The translations under genes were made by a program, and so were the position numbers. From assembly GCF_006345805.1 (NCBI RefSeq), contig NC_043004.1, positions 21,390,001-21,454,000 of the forward strand: 64,000 nucleotides of DNA, in the 5' to 3' direction. This document shows, one piece after another, positions 27,385-40,520 of this stretch. Every line of letters starts with the position of its first letter. The stretch's first letter is position 1. The notes below the pieces were generated by a model that searched no databases, was not told where the DNA came from, and was given only the letters and a program-made list of their open reading frames with translations. The DNA is from Octopus sinensis (lineage: Eukaryota).

Positions 27385-27990
27385 TGATATTTTATAAGCC
27401 TAAAACTTATAAGTGATCGCCAACTAAAAAAATAGTCTAATATTGGGGCATATAAGCCCTTAACAGAAAAAGTGGGTTTTCTGTACATGTGGGGCTGGTA
27501 CCTACAGCTCAATGTTTTCATGACAAGTGAGCAACCACTACACCAATGTACCTACTTACTTCTTCCTCTCAGATTTTAGGACTATAATTTCGTAATGTCG
27601 TTACCAAGTTTTATAATTCTGTAAATAATAATAATAATAATAATATTTTATGAGCTTAAAGCTTATAAGCAATCAACATCTATTGACTAAAGAAATAGAC
27701 TAATATTGGGGCATGTACTTGTTTATAAAAACAACACTATGAAATTATAGCTCTTAAATCTGACAGAAAGAAGCAAGTGGGTACGTTGGTGTAATGGTAG
27801 CACACATGTCGTGAGGACATAGAGGTGTGGGTCTGAGCCACATGCATACAGAAATCCCACTTTTTTTTCCATTGAGGGTTTATATGCCCCAATATTACGC
27901 TATTTTCTTTAGTCAATACATGGAGATCGCTTATATGCTTTAACCTTATAAAATATTATCATCATTATTTACAGAATTGTAAAACTCAGG
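27385..27990. repeat. Partial tandem plus inverted repeat cluster (PLE pLTR-like)
   Basis: The block ...aatagtctaatattggggcat occurs twice on + (~27385, ~27645) and once inverted (~27880-27950); 27450-27575 is inverted at 27757-27880. Confidence 0.75.
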
Positions 27991-28724
27991 ACTGCTTATC
28001 AAATCCTCACAGAAAACACACATGCTTGTATGTATGTATACTTTTATGTACAAATATGAATTAACTGGCAAAACTAAAAGAAATCTACCTTGCTCTTTTG
28101 ATTAAAATTCATTTCTAGGATGTGCTGCCAGATTACTGAACCTATTAACAGACTTCAACATATTCACTGTTGTTTGTAATTTTAGTCAAAATTCCAAACA
28201 GTCATTCTATTGCAGATTATTCAAATTATTATTAAGTTATCATTTTAAACTACCATGAAATAAAAATATTTTAATTACGCTTTGTTTAGAAGCCTGTCAT
28301 ATTTAGCCATCACAAAGAGGACATTGGAATGAAATCTGATAAGATCAAAATTTTTGATACAAAACTGTCTGAGATTACTTCTCTGATATAGTTTGTCTGA
28401 AATAGACCCTGATTCTTTGATACAAAATTGTGTTTTAATGTGTTTATATTTAAAACAAAATATTTCTTCATAATTATTTGTAAGATCATTTTGTTTTCTT
28501 ATTTACTAAATATAGACAAAACGTAGAAATAAATGTTTGTTATTTTAATACTATAGGTGCAGTTTTAGCTGTGTGGTAAGATGTTTGCTTCCCAACCACA
28601 TGGTTCCAGATTCAGTTGCACTGTGTGGCACCTTGAGCAGGTGTCTTCTATTAGAGTCTCAGGCCAACCAAAGCCTTGTAAATGAATTTGGTTGACAGAA
28701 ACAAAAAGAAGTATGTGGTATATA

Positions 28725-29587
28725 CAGAGTGCAGTGAATGAATTGTCTAAATTACACAAAAATGAAAATAACACTAACATCTCATTTTAACAGATATATT
28801 TACCAAAATTGCATAAAAATATCTTGAAATCTAAAGAGTAAATTTATTCAAAATCGATGTTGGCTTCAACCGTAGCCTCCAGATGACTTTACAATCTCCT
28901 CCAACTCTTCTGGATGGTCTCCATGTTTAAGTTAGTAAATGCTGCCATAACTTTTGCCTTCAGTTTATCTTTGGTATTACAGGGAGATTTGTTGGTCTGT
29001 CACTCAACTGTGCCCCACATATAATAATCAATGCGGTTGCAGTTTGGGGAGTTAGATGGCTAGATGCTAGGGATGATGTGATCGCAGAAATTGTCTGACA
29101 GCCATGACTGGGTTCTTCTGCTTCTGTGACCTGGTACAGAGTACAGTTGCCAGATATAGCATCTTCCAGCAGCCACTCTTTTGACCCAGGGCAGTGCTAC
29201 CTCCTCTAGGCACTTGATGTAGGCCTCCATGTTGAGTGTGAGGCCGTGTAGGAAGATGAATGGAGGTATAATGTCGCCATCACTAGTGATCTGTCCAAAC
29301 ACCATGATGTTGACTGGATGTTTGATTTTTATCACTCTCACTACATGTTTTGGGGACGCACATTTACACCCAACATTGAAATGTTTGTATTTGAGCTTCT
29401 GGTACGAATGACAAGCAGCACAGCATGAAATTTCGAAATTTCTGAGTGAATTGAGTCATGGTGCTGTTTTTCTCAAATACAGTGCCCAACTGTCCCTACT
29501 ATACTGTGTAGTCGACAAAATCAAAAACAAGCAATGCACATGTGAGAAATTGAAGATATAAAATGGCGGCACTTCACCCATATCACC

Positions 29588-29590
<3 letters not shown>
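28725..29590 (-). mobile_element. maT-family (DD37D) deletion derivative, copy 2, adjoining the 3' end of a SINE copy
   Basis: TA|cagagtg left end; relic KIKHPVNIMVFGQITSDGD...WLSDNFCDHI...IDYYMWG; same layout as 5249-6114. Confidence 0.85.
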
Positions 29591-29626
<36 letters not shown>

Positions 29627-30350
29627 TGTGTCTGTCTGTCTGTCTGTGTCTTTATGTCTGTATTTGTTCCCCACCACCACCACCACCAGTACCAGTACCA
29701 CAACTTGACAACCATTGTTGATGTGTTTACATATCCATAACTTAGCAGTTCAGCTAAAGAGACTGGTAGAGTATGTAGCAGGCATTACGAAAAAGAAAAA
29801 AAAAGTCTTGGAGTTGATTCGTTTGACTAAAATTCTTCAGTCTGGTCTCCCAACATGCCTACAGTCTAACAACTGGAATAAATAAAAGAGAGAAAATAAT
29901 ACAAACATATTTCACATTATTTTCAACATCACATGTGCAGGCATGGCTGCGTTGTAAGAACTTTGCTTCTCAACCAAATGATTCCAGGCTCGGTCCTGCT
30001 GTTTGGAACCTTGGGCAAGTGTCTTCTACAATGTGAATGAACTTGGTAAATGGAAACTGAAAGCCAGGGCTTTCAATTTTCGATTTTTTCATTATCTGGA
30101 TAGGTTTCTTAAGGTCTTTAATTCATTTGCCCGATTTCACCTTTGTGTTTAGTGATAACTTCTGGTTCGGTCAGTTTGACTGCTGTGTCAGCATGCTGGT
30201 ACTGTTTGCTAGTACGCTTAATTATTAAAGATATATATGTGTGTGGGTGTGTGTGTATATATATATATACACATATACATATATATACATATATATATAT
30301 ACATATATATATTATATAAAGTAACTATTGCTTTACCATCCTCTCAAACT

Positions 30351-30398
30351 GTCTCCAATGAAGGGATATAATAAACATCCTGGAAACAGCAGTAAGAC
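30351..30398 (+). ncRNA. Hammerhead ribozyme relic (mutated core)
   Basis: GTCT ccaatga ...GGAT..ATCC.. GAAAC AGCA GTA AGAC; helix I GTCT/AGAC is intact but the core is not CUGAUGA. Confidence 0.5.
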
Positions 30399-30505
30399 CT
30401 ATCTATAAATGTTCTAAAATCTACACATCCTTGGTTTTTTTTATCTCATTATGAAAAATTTTTTATTTATTCATATCTATCTATCTATCTATCTATATAT
30501 ATATA

Positions 30506-30556
<51 letters not shown>

Positions 30557-31101
30557 ATATATATATCCATTACCCATCTCGCCTCTCGTGTATTCATCAA
30601 CCATCGTGTATTCGCGGTGCACCCGCCCTGCCCACCCCCACCGCCAATACCGGATATCTCTATATTTTTGCTCCATCCATACCGGACGTCGCTTCTCCCA
30701 CCACCATAATAGGTGTCTACTCTTCGAACCCCCCTCTTCAATACGCTATTTCACCATGCATTACCCCTCTCTTGATATCCTACGTTCTACTTGCCTAGAA
30801 CCTGTCATCATTTCTCTGAACCACCCCTCCCCACTGGTGCTCCCCTATATTTCTGCACCCCCCCCTACATAAAAAAAGCACCATCCGAACGTGGCCGATG
30901 CCAGACCCCTCTGGCACCTGTGCAGGTGGCACGTAAAAAACACCCACTACACTCGCGGAGTGGTTGGCGTTAGGAAGGGCATCCAGCCGTAGAAACTCTG
31001 CCAGACTAGACTGGAGCCTGGGGCAGTCCCTAGCTCCCCAGACCCCGGTCGAAACCGTCCAACCCGGACGTTAAACGATGATGATGATAATGATGATGAT
31101 G

Positions 31102-31207
31102 ATATAGGAAAGAGGGTTTGAAAATGCAGAGGTCTTTTAAAGATGTTTATTTAAGTCAGTAAACATCTTTAAAAGACCTCTGCGTTTTCAATCCCTCTTT
31201 CCTATAT
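31102..31207. repeat. Hairpin with ~50-bp stem
   Basis: 31102-31151 pairs with 31158-31207 (one T-T mismatch, wobbles), 6-nt loop. Confidence 0.9.
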
Positions 31208-32114
31208 ATTTTTACTTGTACGGTACCTTGCGAGTTTATGTTGTTATATATATATAGACATATGTATCTTTTGCCTTTTACTTGTTTCAGTCACTAGGCT
31301 GCAGCCATACAGAGGCACTGTCTTGAAGAATTTTTAGTCAAATGAATCAACTGCAGTACTTATTTTCTTTTATGCCTGGTACTTATTCTATCGGTCTCAT
31401 TTGCCAAATTGCTATGTTATGGGGGCATAAACACACCAACACTGGTTGTCAAGCGATGGTGGGAGGTACACAAAGACACACAGACATACACTTATATATA
31501 TGCATATGTATATGTGTGTGTGTGTGCGTACTCACAGCAGGTTTTTTCATTTTCCCTCTACCAAATCCATTCGTAAGGCTTTGGTCAGCCCAAAACTATT
31601 GTAGTAGAGACTTGCCCAGGAAGCCATGCAGTGGGATTGAACCTGAGAGCATGCAGTTGGGGATCAAGTTTTTTTATCACACAGCCATACCTATGTTTCT
31701 GTATCTCCTCTACTACTGCATGGCAACCAGTGTTGGTTTGTGTACCCTTCTGTAACTTAGCAGTTTGACAAAAGAGACTGATAGAATAAGTACCATGCTT
31801 AAAAAATTACTACTGGTATCGATCCATCTGACTAAAACCTTAGCATGGCCACAGTTCAATGGTTGAAACAAGTAAAAGACAGCAGATAATCAAACATGTA
31901 GAGAAAATATTTGAAATAGAAATATGATTACTAAAATGTTTAAGGTAGAAGCTGATATTCTATTTATCCACTTCCTAAACATGCTACTTCATTATATTCA
32001 AGTCCACAGAGACTAAATATTCAATATAGATGTATTTTACTTTTTGGCTGACTGTTTATGTTGTAAATATAAATATATTTTCCATTCTGTTTAAAATTTC
32101 TTTCCCATTAACAG

Positions 32115-32165
32115 CAATTAGGTTGGTCCAAGACCAATTTCGTTTCGGTTGAAAAGTCTAGCACT
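32115..32165 (+). CDS. Candidate 51-nt exon (QLGWSKTNFVSVEKSST)
   Basis: Long polypyrimidine tract ending ttcccattaacag, donor gttagt, only phase 0 is open, frame-preserving length. Confidence 0.3.
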
Positions 32166-32389
32166 GTTAGTGCCATACTGAATTTGTGAAACTGAATATA
32201 ATATTTATGATGCAATTACAACAGCAAAAATTGTAATGGAAATCAAAACAAGCACTTATATAGTAGGGGGGGGGTATATTTCCAAAAATACTATCAACAA
32301 TCACTTATCAAAATGCATATGGCTGCATATATATTGAACATATAAGTAAATAAATGGAGTTGAACACAGATGTTATTAAAATTCTTTTA

Positions 32390-32474
32390 CTTTCGACATG
32401 TTTCAAAGACAACATTGGTTTTTATTCCAAAGGAATAACCGGTGTAAAATAATGTAATCTTCTCATCAGGAAAG
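32390..32474 (-). ncRNA. Minimal type I hammerhead ribozyme, PLE-associated, intact core
   Basis: Minus strand: CTTTC CTGATGA [GAAGAT..long stem II..GTCTTT] GAAAC AT GTC^GAAAG. 5-bp helix I, palindromic ACATGT stem III, GUC cleavage triplet. Confidence 0.85.
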
Positions 32475-32764
32475 AAAGAGAACCCATCTCAACAACAAGA
32501 CATTATAACAATTTTGATGATTGCATAAATGATAAACAGAACGCTGTTATGTATTTTTAAAAATAACCGTTAGTAGATCTGACATCAAAGGTAGACCATA
32601 GAAAAAGAAGGGGTAAAGAAATAATAAGTAGACAACAAATAAAGGCGAAATATAAAGGGATATGCTGGTTGAAAAAATTTTCAAAGGCTTAGAAGTAGAT
32701 TTCTCTATTGAAGTAAAGTGCAAGGTGAACTAAATGTTCAAACTATACAGACTGGTATAAATCA

Positions 32765-33209
32765 CTTATATGAGCTAAAAGTGTGTTTCTGCCAGTGCTT
32801 ACATTTGTAAGATCACTCTATAAGTGTGTTAACCAGGTGATTCTTAGAGAAGAGAATATGGAAGAGTTCAGAGTCACAAGTGTTACAAAATCCTTTACCC
32901 TTGTCATAAGGGAAAGAGATGGACAGGATGAACCAGTCTAATTTAAAATCCTTATTGTTGTCTTTAAGATACCAAACCAATTTACTAAGCCCTGTGCTAT
33001 TGCATTTAACTGCTATCCCTAAATGAAGAATAATGATTGGAAAGTCTCTTAGTTAACTGGGAAGAGGAAGCACCAATATAGAAATAGACATCGGTACCTG
33101 AAGAAATTTTACATTGGTATATAGAATTTTTAATCTTAGAATTATTAGACATAAATTTGATTCTGTTGGGGTTGTCCTCAGAGACCAAAACTATGTTGTT
33201 ATTATTCAT
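32765..33209 (-). pseudogene. Penelope-like element GIY-YIG endonuclease relic
   Basis: IYQCKI...FYIGASSSQLTKRLSNHYSSFR, frameshift, then STGLSKLVWYLK...W.IL....YDKGKGFCNTCDSE...CKH. Confidence 0.85.
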
Positions 33210-33221
33210 CCAAATATCACA

Positions 33222-33628
33222 TTTCTGGGGGTTATGCTCATGACAGGTCTTCCAGATTGCTCATCACCTTCCAGGGATGTTCTTCTATGGTTGAAGTGCC
33301 CTTGCCACTAAAAACATTGCGTACAACCCATTCCTTCATCACTGTAAGCTTACCAAAGCATGCTCAATGTCTCTGTAGCAGACATCACAAGTTTAACGCA
33401 AAATTTCACACTAGATCTTTGTTCCTGTCCATGACAAAATCACAGACTACAGCATACACATGAGTACAAAAACATAAATTTCACAACTTGTGAAGTAAAC
33501 ACAGCTATATCATTTGGCACACTGCTTCATGAAGGTCACTGCTAGCTTTCACTGCTACAGGCAACAATGAGCTGCCATCAGTTGGCATGCTACAGAACTA
33601 GTCCAGGAATATTTTGATACCACCTCCT
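33222..33628 (-). mobile_element. mariner 5' fragment (TIR region and HTH)
   Basis: EQRSSVKFCVKL..SATETLSML*..Y.DEGMG.TQCF*W..HF..RRTSLEGDEQSGRP; TIR-like gaggtggtatcaaaa at ~33610-33628. Confidence 0.8.
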
Positions 33629-33982
33629 ACATATAAAGATAGATATATAAGGTAGTGAGCTAGCAAAATCGTTAATCTGCTGTACAAGATGCTTAACAGT
33701 AATTTGTCAGTCTTTACATTCTGAGTTAAAAATCCACCAAGGCTGACTTTGACTTTCATTAAAACCAGTTGCTCACTGGGGCTGATGTAATCAACTAGCC
33801 CTTCACCTCAAATTTCAGGCCTTATGCCTATAGTAGAAAGGACTAATAGGCATATGTATATATATATATATATATATGTATAATATTAATTAGAGACAAA
33901 ACCACTATTATGCAAATCATACAAAGAAAGACTTAATCCAATACATAAAAAATTTTATATAAATTAAATAAAATTAAGTTAT

Positions 33983-34028
33983 CCACTACAATTGTTTCTT
34001 GTCACTTCTAAGGACATTCATCAGGTGG
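33983..34028 (-). ncRNA. Minimal type I hammerhead ribozyme in a short TA-flanked element
   Basis: CCAC CTGATGA ATGTC..GACAA GAAAC AATT GTA^GTGG; palindromic ACAATTGT; A-A mismatch closing stem II. Confidence 0.7.
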
Positions 34029-34365
34029 TTTTCAGACCTTCTATTCAATTTTAAATTATATGTATATATATATATGTCTTGTTTGTTCCTTCTCGAGCCA
34101 TGCTTGGCTCATAAGGGCTGGTTTCCCATTTTCCTTGGTGTATAAGTTCTCCACCTGGATGGGTCGCTGGTGACCTACATGATGCAGGAGGAAAGAGTGG
34201 GAGAAAGTTGTGGTAAAAGATTCAGCAGAAGTTCGCCATTACCTTCTGCCGGAGCCACATGGAGCTTAGGTGCTTTGGTCATAAACACACATCGCACGGT
34301 CTGAGATTCGAACCCACAATCCCGTGACCACGAGTCCACTGCTCTAACCACTAGGCCATGTACCT

Positions 34366-34401
<36 letters not shown>

Positions 34402-35998
34402 TTATGATAAATTAATAAATTAAGAGAACAGAGATTTACATATCCAGGTTTTATTATACAGTCACTCACATCTTCCCTTGTCAGTACCAATATGTGTTTC
34501 TGCTGCACGTCAGTGCACACTGCAAATTTTACATCTTGATGTGCATTTTGGTGCTAATTACTGATGCTGCTTCATCAGAGTAGAATTTAACTGCCTTTCT
34601 CAGATACCATCTAACAAATTACTAGCCCACCCAAAATGTTCTTCCACATGGTGTTAGTGTTCCTAAAACTAACCTAAATTTTGACCTTTTCAACCTGACT
34701 GATGAGAAAAACAAGTCTCTGGCTGTGCCAAACCGGGTCAGTAATCCACTAATGTATTTAAGTTCATGTTCCTATTCTATCTTACCATTCCTCAGTGTAA
34801 AGCAGTATTATATATATATATATATAATTAAGAGATAGAACCTCCATAAAATAATTCAATTGATACTGTAAGTTATTATATAAATTTAAATATATAATTA
34901 TTAACGTTGTACTTAAAATTTCTACATATTAAAACGACTTTATTATTAATATCGTGCTAAAAATTTCTATGCTAAATAATACACATTAAAAATGATGATG
35001 CGTATTTTGTGACTATGTATATGAATCTACAATATGAAAATCGATAAGCAAAAATTAATATTTCTGTAATCCAACGATACATAGCCACTCTTCAGGTCTC
35101 AATATCATAAAATAAATTTACAACATAGATGAAGACGTTACAATTAGACTATACTTTATAAATAATTGATAAGATTTAACAGTTTTAAAGAAAAGTATGA
35201 ACATGATTTATCTTTTTGATGAGCACCAGTCAACTCCACAATTTAAACATGGCTACTGAAGTTATGTCCTCTACTTATGATTTCCCATGTAGGGGAGATA
35301 ATTCTTATTTATTGAATACCAGTACTAAATAAAATACTATCCTCTCTATTTAAGATTTCCAGAGTAGGGGAGATAATTATAAAAATATCTCAAATATTAA
35401 AAATAGTAAAAAAAGCAAAAAAAAAAATATATATATGAAGGAAAAAAAATTAATTTTCATGGTTAATTTATTTAGATGAATATATATGCATATATATGAC
35501 TAAGGAAATAAGCTACGCATGTATAAGTATTGCATAAATAAAATATCTGGCAATATAGTGGTTTGATGTACAAATTCATGGAATAAAATGTCTCTCTTGA
35601 GAAATAAGCAAAGACATCTAGCTGTAGGTAGAATACTATCTTAATGAGTTTCATTCAGGCCATAGGTGTACAATGATGTAGACACTGATGCTATATATAA
35701 AAAAAATGTATGGAGATAGTGTGCTTGTGGGGCAAAATATACTTACATAACTACATAAAAAGACATGTACATTTAGTCTAGTTTTATAAAAAGCCAGACA
35801 TTTTAAAAGTGGAAATCAAGAAATTGAATTAACTTTCTTCAAATTTACTAATTTGATATGTTTTGAACTTACTGATATACGAGTGAAGAAGAGTAGTATC
35901 AATTGCTCATTACATTTTAAATAAGTAACTATAAGATATACACACTCACTCTCTTACTCTCTATCTGTCTGTCTGTCTCTCTCTCTGAGGAATTAAAA

Positions 35999-36041
35999 CA
36001 CTCCTGATGGGGTGACAATGAGCGGTGAAACTAGTTGAACT
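35999..36041 (+). ncRNA. Hammerhead ribozyme relic
   Basis: cactc CTGATGG ... GAAAC TA GTT gaac; palindromic ACTAGT retained, core and helices degenerate. Confidence 0.4.
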
Positions 36042-37279
36042 TGTTTTCCAATCAGTTCTTCATGGAGATAACTCAGGTTTAACTGCAGGGTTTGTTTACA
36101 AAGAATGTTTCAGCAAATATTTATTACATGTATACAAGAAAATATATCAACAAACTTATCCACAAACAAACAATCTCTATGATTTAGTTCATTAAAATAT
36201 ATTTATATACTTTATAAATAGAAAATATTCAGATGGAATACATCCTGGAGTATATTTCATGAGTTTTTAGCAGTAGAGTATTTATAACAGGATGACCAGC
36301 TTTACTATTATTATTGATTTTCAATTTTCAATTAACTCTGATATACTATTTAGAAGATGATAGCTTGTAGCTATACGGAAATGTGGTTTAGTTTAGACAT
36401 GGATAAACTAATTTACATGTTGTTAGTTTCATAACAGTTAAAGATTCTCTTCAATATAAACACAACATGAAATCTTAAACTTCATTATGCAGAAATTAAT
36501 TTGCTGTCTCAGTTTTCCAGTTAATTAATATGATGAGTTTCCAACAGTTGTACAAATATGTAAATTTACTAAAACTGGTGTCTGCTTTTCATTGTACATT
36601 CCATAATAGCTATCAGCTACTGTGTTTCTGTCTGCCTGTCTCTCTCTCCGTAGATTTAGTGATGTAAACACTGCTGACAAGCTTATAAATACCAGTGAAA
36701 CTTCTGAAGTTTTTCTGAAGAGATAACCTTGTAATTTAAACTTAGAATCTATTTGGGCAATGAGACTAAATAGGTATTTATTAAATGTATGGCTGTAAAT
36801 TTATTTACAACATAAAAGGTTTAATGACAGAAGTATATTTATTGTATGAAAGATTGCTGAATGATGAGAATATGTGGCAGAGTGAGGAACTACTATTAAC
36901 ATTGATGGTTATGTAGTTGGAATGACTATTGAGGAGATGAAGGCAGATAAATTAACCAGACCATTAAGGATATTTGCTAATCATCATCATCAACATTGTT
37001 TTATCATCCACTTTTCTATAATTACATGAGTTGTATGGAAATTGTTGCTGTGACTCTTTTATGGCCAGATGCCCTTGCTATTACCAGCCATCACTTGTTT
37101 CCAAGCAAATTAATATTTCCCCATAACCAGACATGCTTTCTCAGAAGACTGGTAATGACTGATGCTGCTTTCATGGTGGTGACACTCAATCGCAATTATC
37201 ATATGATGTCAGAATAAGTAGTCAGTAACATTTACATGTGCACACAAGTGCATGAGTACACTAACACACACATGCACAA

Positions 37280-37310
<31 letters not shown>

Positions 37311-37559
37311 TGAATACATACATATGTGACAAGCCTCTCAGTTTTTATTTAATATACCCACTCACAAGACTTTGGTCAGTCTGGAGCTAAAATAGAGACA
37401 TTTACCCATGATGCCACATAGTGTGATAGAACCTGAAACCATGTATCTGGGAAACAAACTTCTTACCACACAGCCACATCTGCATCTATACAACCTTGAT
37501 GAAGTCAGATATGCACCAGTAAAGGACAGATTCGATCATGTATTCCATGAAAGGATCGT

Positions 37560-38820
37560 TTATATTTACTGACAGAACAGTATCGTTATTGCCAATTAAT
37601 TGACCAAGTTATGAAAAACTTCCAGCACAACTGTTTTGAAAGAAAATTAGCTTAAATGAGATGAAGTTTGGACATGTGCCAGAGCTAGTTACAACTCTGA
37701 AATCTGGTGGTTGCTAAGAAAAAAGACAAAGTATAGATAAATGAATGCTTTGTGAAAGTCATGAAAGCCAACTACGAAAATGCTGTCAGTAAGGTGAGAA
37801 TTGGCAATGAGTTCAGTAAGGAATTCATCAATCAAGGCTTGTTTCTCAATTTCTTCCTGTTTGTTGAAGTTTAAAAGCTATAATAGAGAAGATGAAGACT
37901 TGCTGTGCATGGGAGCCACTGCATGCCAATTAATTTATTAAAGAATTTGGGAAAAATATCAAATATGGAAGAAAATCTTATAATTAAGAAGTCATGCAAT
38001 TCTCTGCTGACTTTCTGAGCAGCTACCATGCTTGATATACAGAAAAGAATTTGGTAGAAAATCTTTAAAATGTAAAAGCAAATTATAGGTGACAAAATGC
38101 AGTTACGTCATAAGCAACACAGGAAAGAAGGATTTTGTGGAGAAATTCATATACAGCAGAGGTGCAGGAGTGGTGAACAGGAAAGGCCCACATGAAATAA
38201 ATTCTTTTAAAAAGTAATCATGCTCATTAGTAGAAGTTGACAAATTCTTTTACCTAGTTGATCTAATTAGCAGTGGGAATGAACGTTCTGAAAGCTGAGT
38301 AGCCTGGAAAATGAAAAAGTGAGGAAACGTTCAGAGTTATGTTTTCTGCTGGCAATAAAAGGCTTCTGATTTACAATAGAGAGTAGATTGCACGATGCTT
38401 GTGTACAGCATGGGAAATTTCATAGTGGTGGGACATGTATATTCAGTGTGCAGAATTTGTGAGTGATGGGAAGAGAGAAGGTATGTTCCTTTGAATGTGT
38501 AATGTTAGATTTCACGAATAACATGGTGCAAATGAACTGAGATAAAAACTAACTTTAAGAAAACTTGGATGTAATAAAAAATAAGACAGGTCTGGTGCAA
38601 ACATGAAGGATAACAATTGGATAATCGTGTTCTAAACAATGTAAATAGATCAAAGAAAGACATGAGAAAGATCAAAGAAAGATATGAACAGAAATGAGGA
38701 AATCTGAATTTGCACAGCTGAACCTCACAAAAGAAGAAGAGAAAGTTCCAAAACAGTGTGCTGGAGAAGACCCATCTTACCAAGGGAAAATGCAGGGTAA
38801 GCTGGCACAAAGTGAAAATG
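37560..38820 (+). mobile_element. Highly degenerate RTE LINE fragment (RT to C-terminus)
   Basis: Relics such as caattaattgaccaagttatgaaa and atgctgtcagtaaggtgagaattggcaatgagttcag match the better-preserved copy at 60770-62225. Confidence 0.65.
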
Positions 38821-38999
38821 GTATCAATGGTAACATTAATATATAACTTCTTACATATCCGTATCTACCTATATATATATATCTTTCCACCTGGCATTCA
38901 GTTACCATTTATCCTCTCCATTTCTCCATGACAATCATTATCTATACTCACTTGCTATGACCTCCTACTACCCTTCTGCCTTTTTGCCCAAATCTTCCA

Positions 39000-39930
39000 C
39001 TTTCCCCTTTTGGTTTTATAGAGAATGGATGGCTGATTTTGTCTCTTAGCATGATGGAGGCTACAAGGTGATATTTCTCTATGAGTTACTACCTTCATAC
39101 CATTGCTATGGTCATAAGACAATATGTTGTGAACTCCTTGTTTGTTTCATTTCATATTTTTCATCTGACATCATTCATTATATTGCAGTTACTTTTTCCC
39201 ATTTTTTCCCCATCATTGATCATTTCTCTTTTCATACAGACTCATTTCTAACCTTGTTGAAATTGAGATGATTTCCTTTAGATATCTACTGAAAAGATCA
39301 GACTATGACATATCCATTAATGTTTTATCATTATGTGTAAATGTGTGCATATATATGTGTGAATGTGTGAATCCGTGTATATGTGCCACAGATGGGTGTA
39401 GCAAGTCTTATATTAACTCCTCATATTTTGTGAAATGAAAAACTGATGCAGGTACTCCAGTGTTTATATTCATGATGCAATTGGAGAGTATGTTAGGACA
39501 AATCTGTGTACATGAGGGCAGGATTGGAAAATCACTCTTACAATTCAAAGAGATTCCTTGGATGGAAAAAGTTCTTTAGTATAATACTTTTCTCAGTTAA
39601 AAAGCTTGCATCTTCTACTACTGTTAAAATAATGTTTGGATTTTCCCCACATCCTCCACGGCATCTTTCTTCACTGTCCTGATATGCCATGCTAGAGATG
39701 TGACATATCACTTCTCTTGAATGTCAAACAAAAACTCATGGTAGTTGAATCTGGTTTTGAGGAGACCTGTCACTTCCATATCTTTTGTATGTCTGTCACT
39801 CTATTTGAATTCTTTGATATCATCTCCATCTCATACAAACTAGTTTCTGTACTGCAACGGTAGTTAGGTTGGCATGTGATGTTAGCTCTGCATGAGCAGC
39901 CTGCTTCCATTCCAGATTTTTGCCTTCTTG
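39000..39930 (-). mobile_element. Degenerate RTE-like LINE endonuclease region
   Basis: Minus-strand relics (..VAVQKL.., ..VTSLAW..) resembling an APE domain; many stops. Confidence 0.4.
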
Positions 39931-39939
39931 ATAATATTT

Positions 39940-40390
39940 TTATTTTGCTTGGAGCACATCTAAACGTACCCTCAAGGTGTGTATATTAAATATTTTCCTG
40001 AATCTATGTGCTTGGAGGAAATAATTATTGATTAAACTAAGAAAGATCCTGCTTGTACAAGATTTTACATTCAGAGAAAATGGGGCCATTTTCCTTGATA
40101 AGATTAAGTTTGGGCATATACTTAATTCTATCCTCAAAATCTCTGGCTGCTAGGGCCTTGTAGTACAGGATTATGGTTTCCAAAATCTCCTTACTTGAAG
40201 ATAGACTGGAAATTTTTTGTTAACATCCTCTATCAGGCTTCTGAAAAATATGGTTGGGTGGCAGGAACCTGTTTTAATATATTCCAGCCTCTTGTTCAAT
40301 TTTTAAAAATGTTTATAGGTACCTATGTAAAACCTAATGCCACATTGAGGAAATTAAAAATGGTTTTTATTGTATCTTTAAGCCATGAAG
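39940..40390 (-). pseudogene. Penelope-like element RT thumb/linker relic
   Basis: FLNVAL..TYK..KLNKRLEYIKTGSCHP.. and PFSLNVKS..RIFLSLINNYF..HRFRKIFNIHTLRV, typical of the PLE region between RT and GIY-YIG. Confidence 0.75.
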
Positions 40391-40487
40391 AATTAAGGGT
40401 GTGAATTAGATCTTTCTTAAGGCTCTAGAATGTATGTATATTACATCTCCAACACCATCTGTTTCTCTTTCTTTCTGCCTGTCTCTT

Positions 40488-40520
<33 letters not shown>

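Noticed and set aside
34695-34741. CTGA CTGATGA ... CAAACCGGG TCAG hammerhead-like relic
   Set aside because: GAAA and NUH are both absent and stem II cannot be formed; too degenerate to count. The same applies to motifs near 18365, 35089 and 46110.
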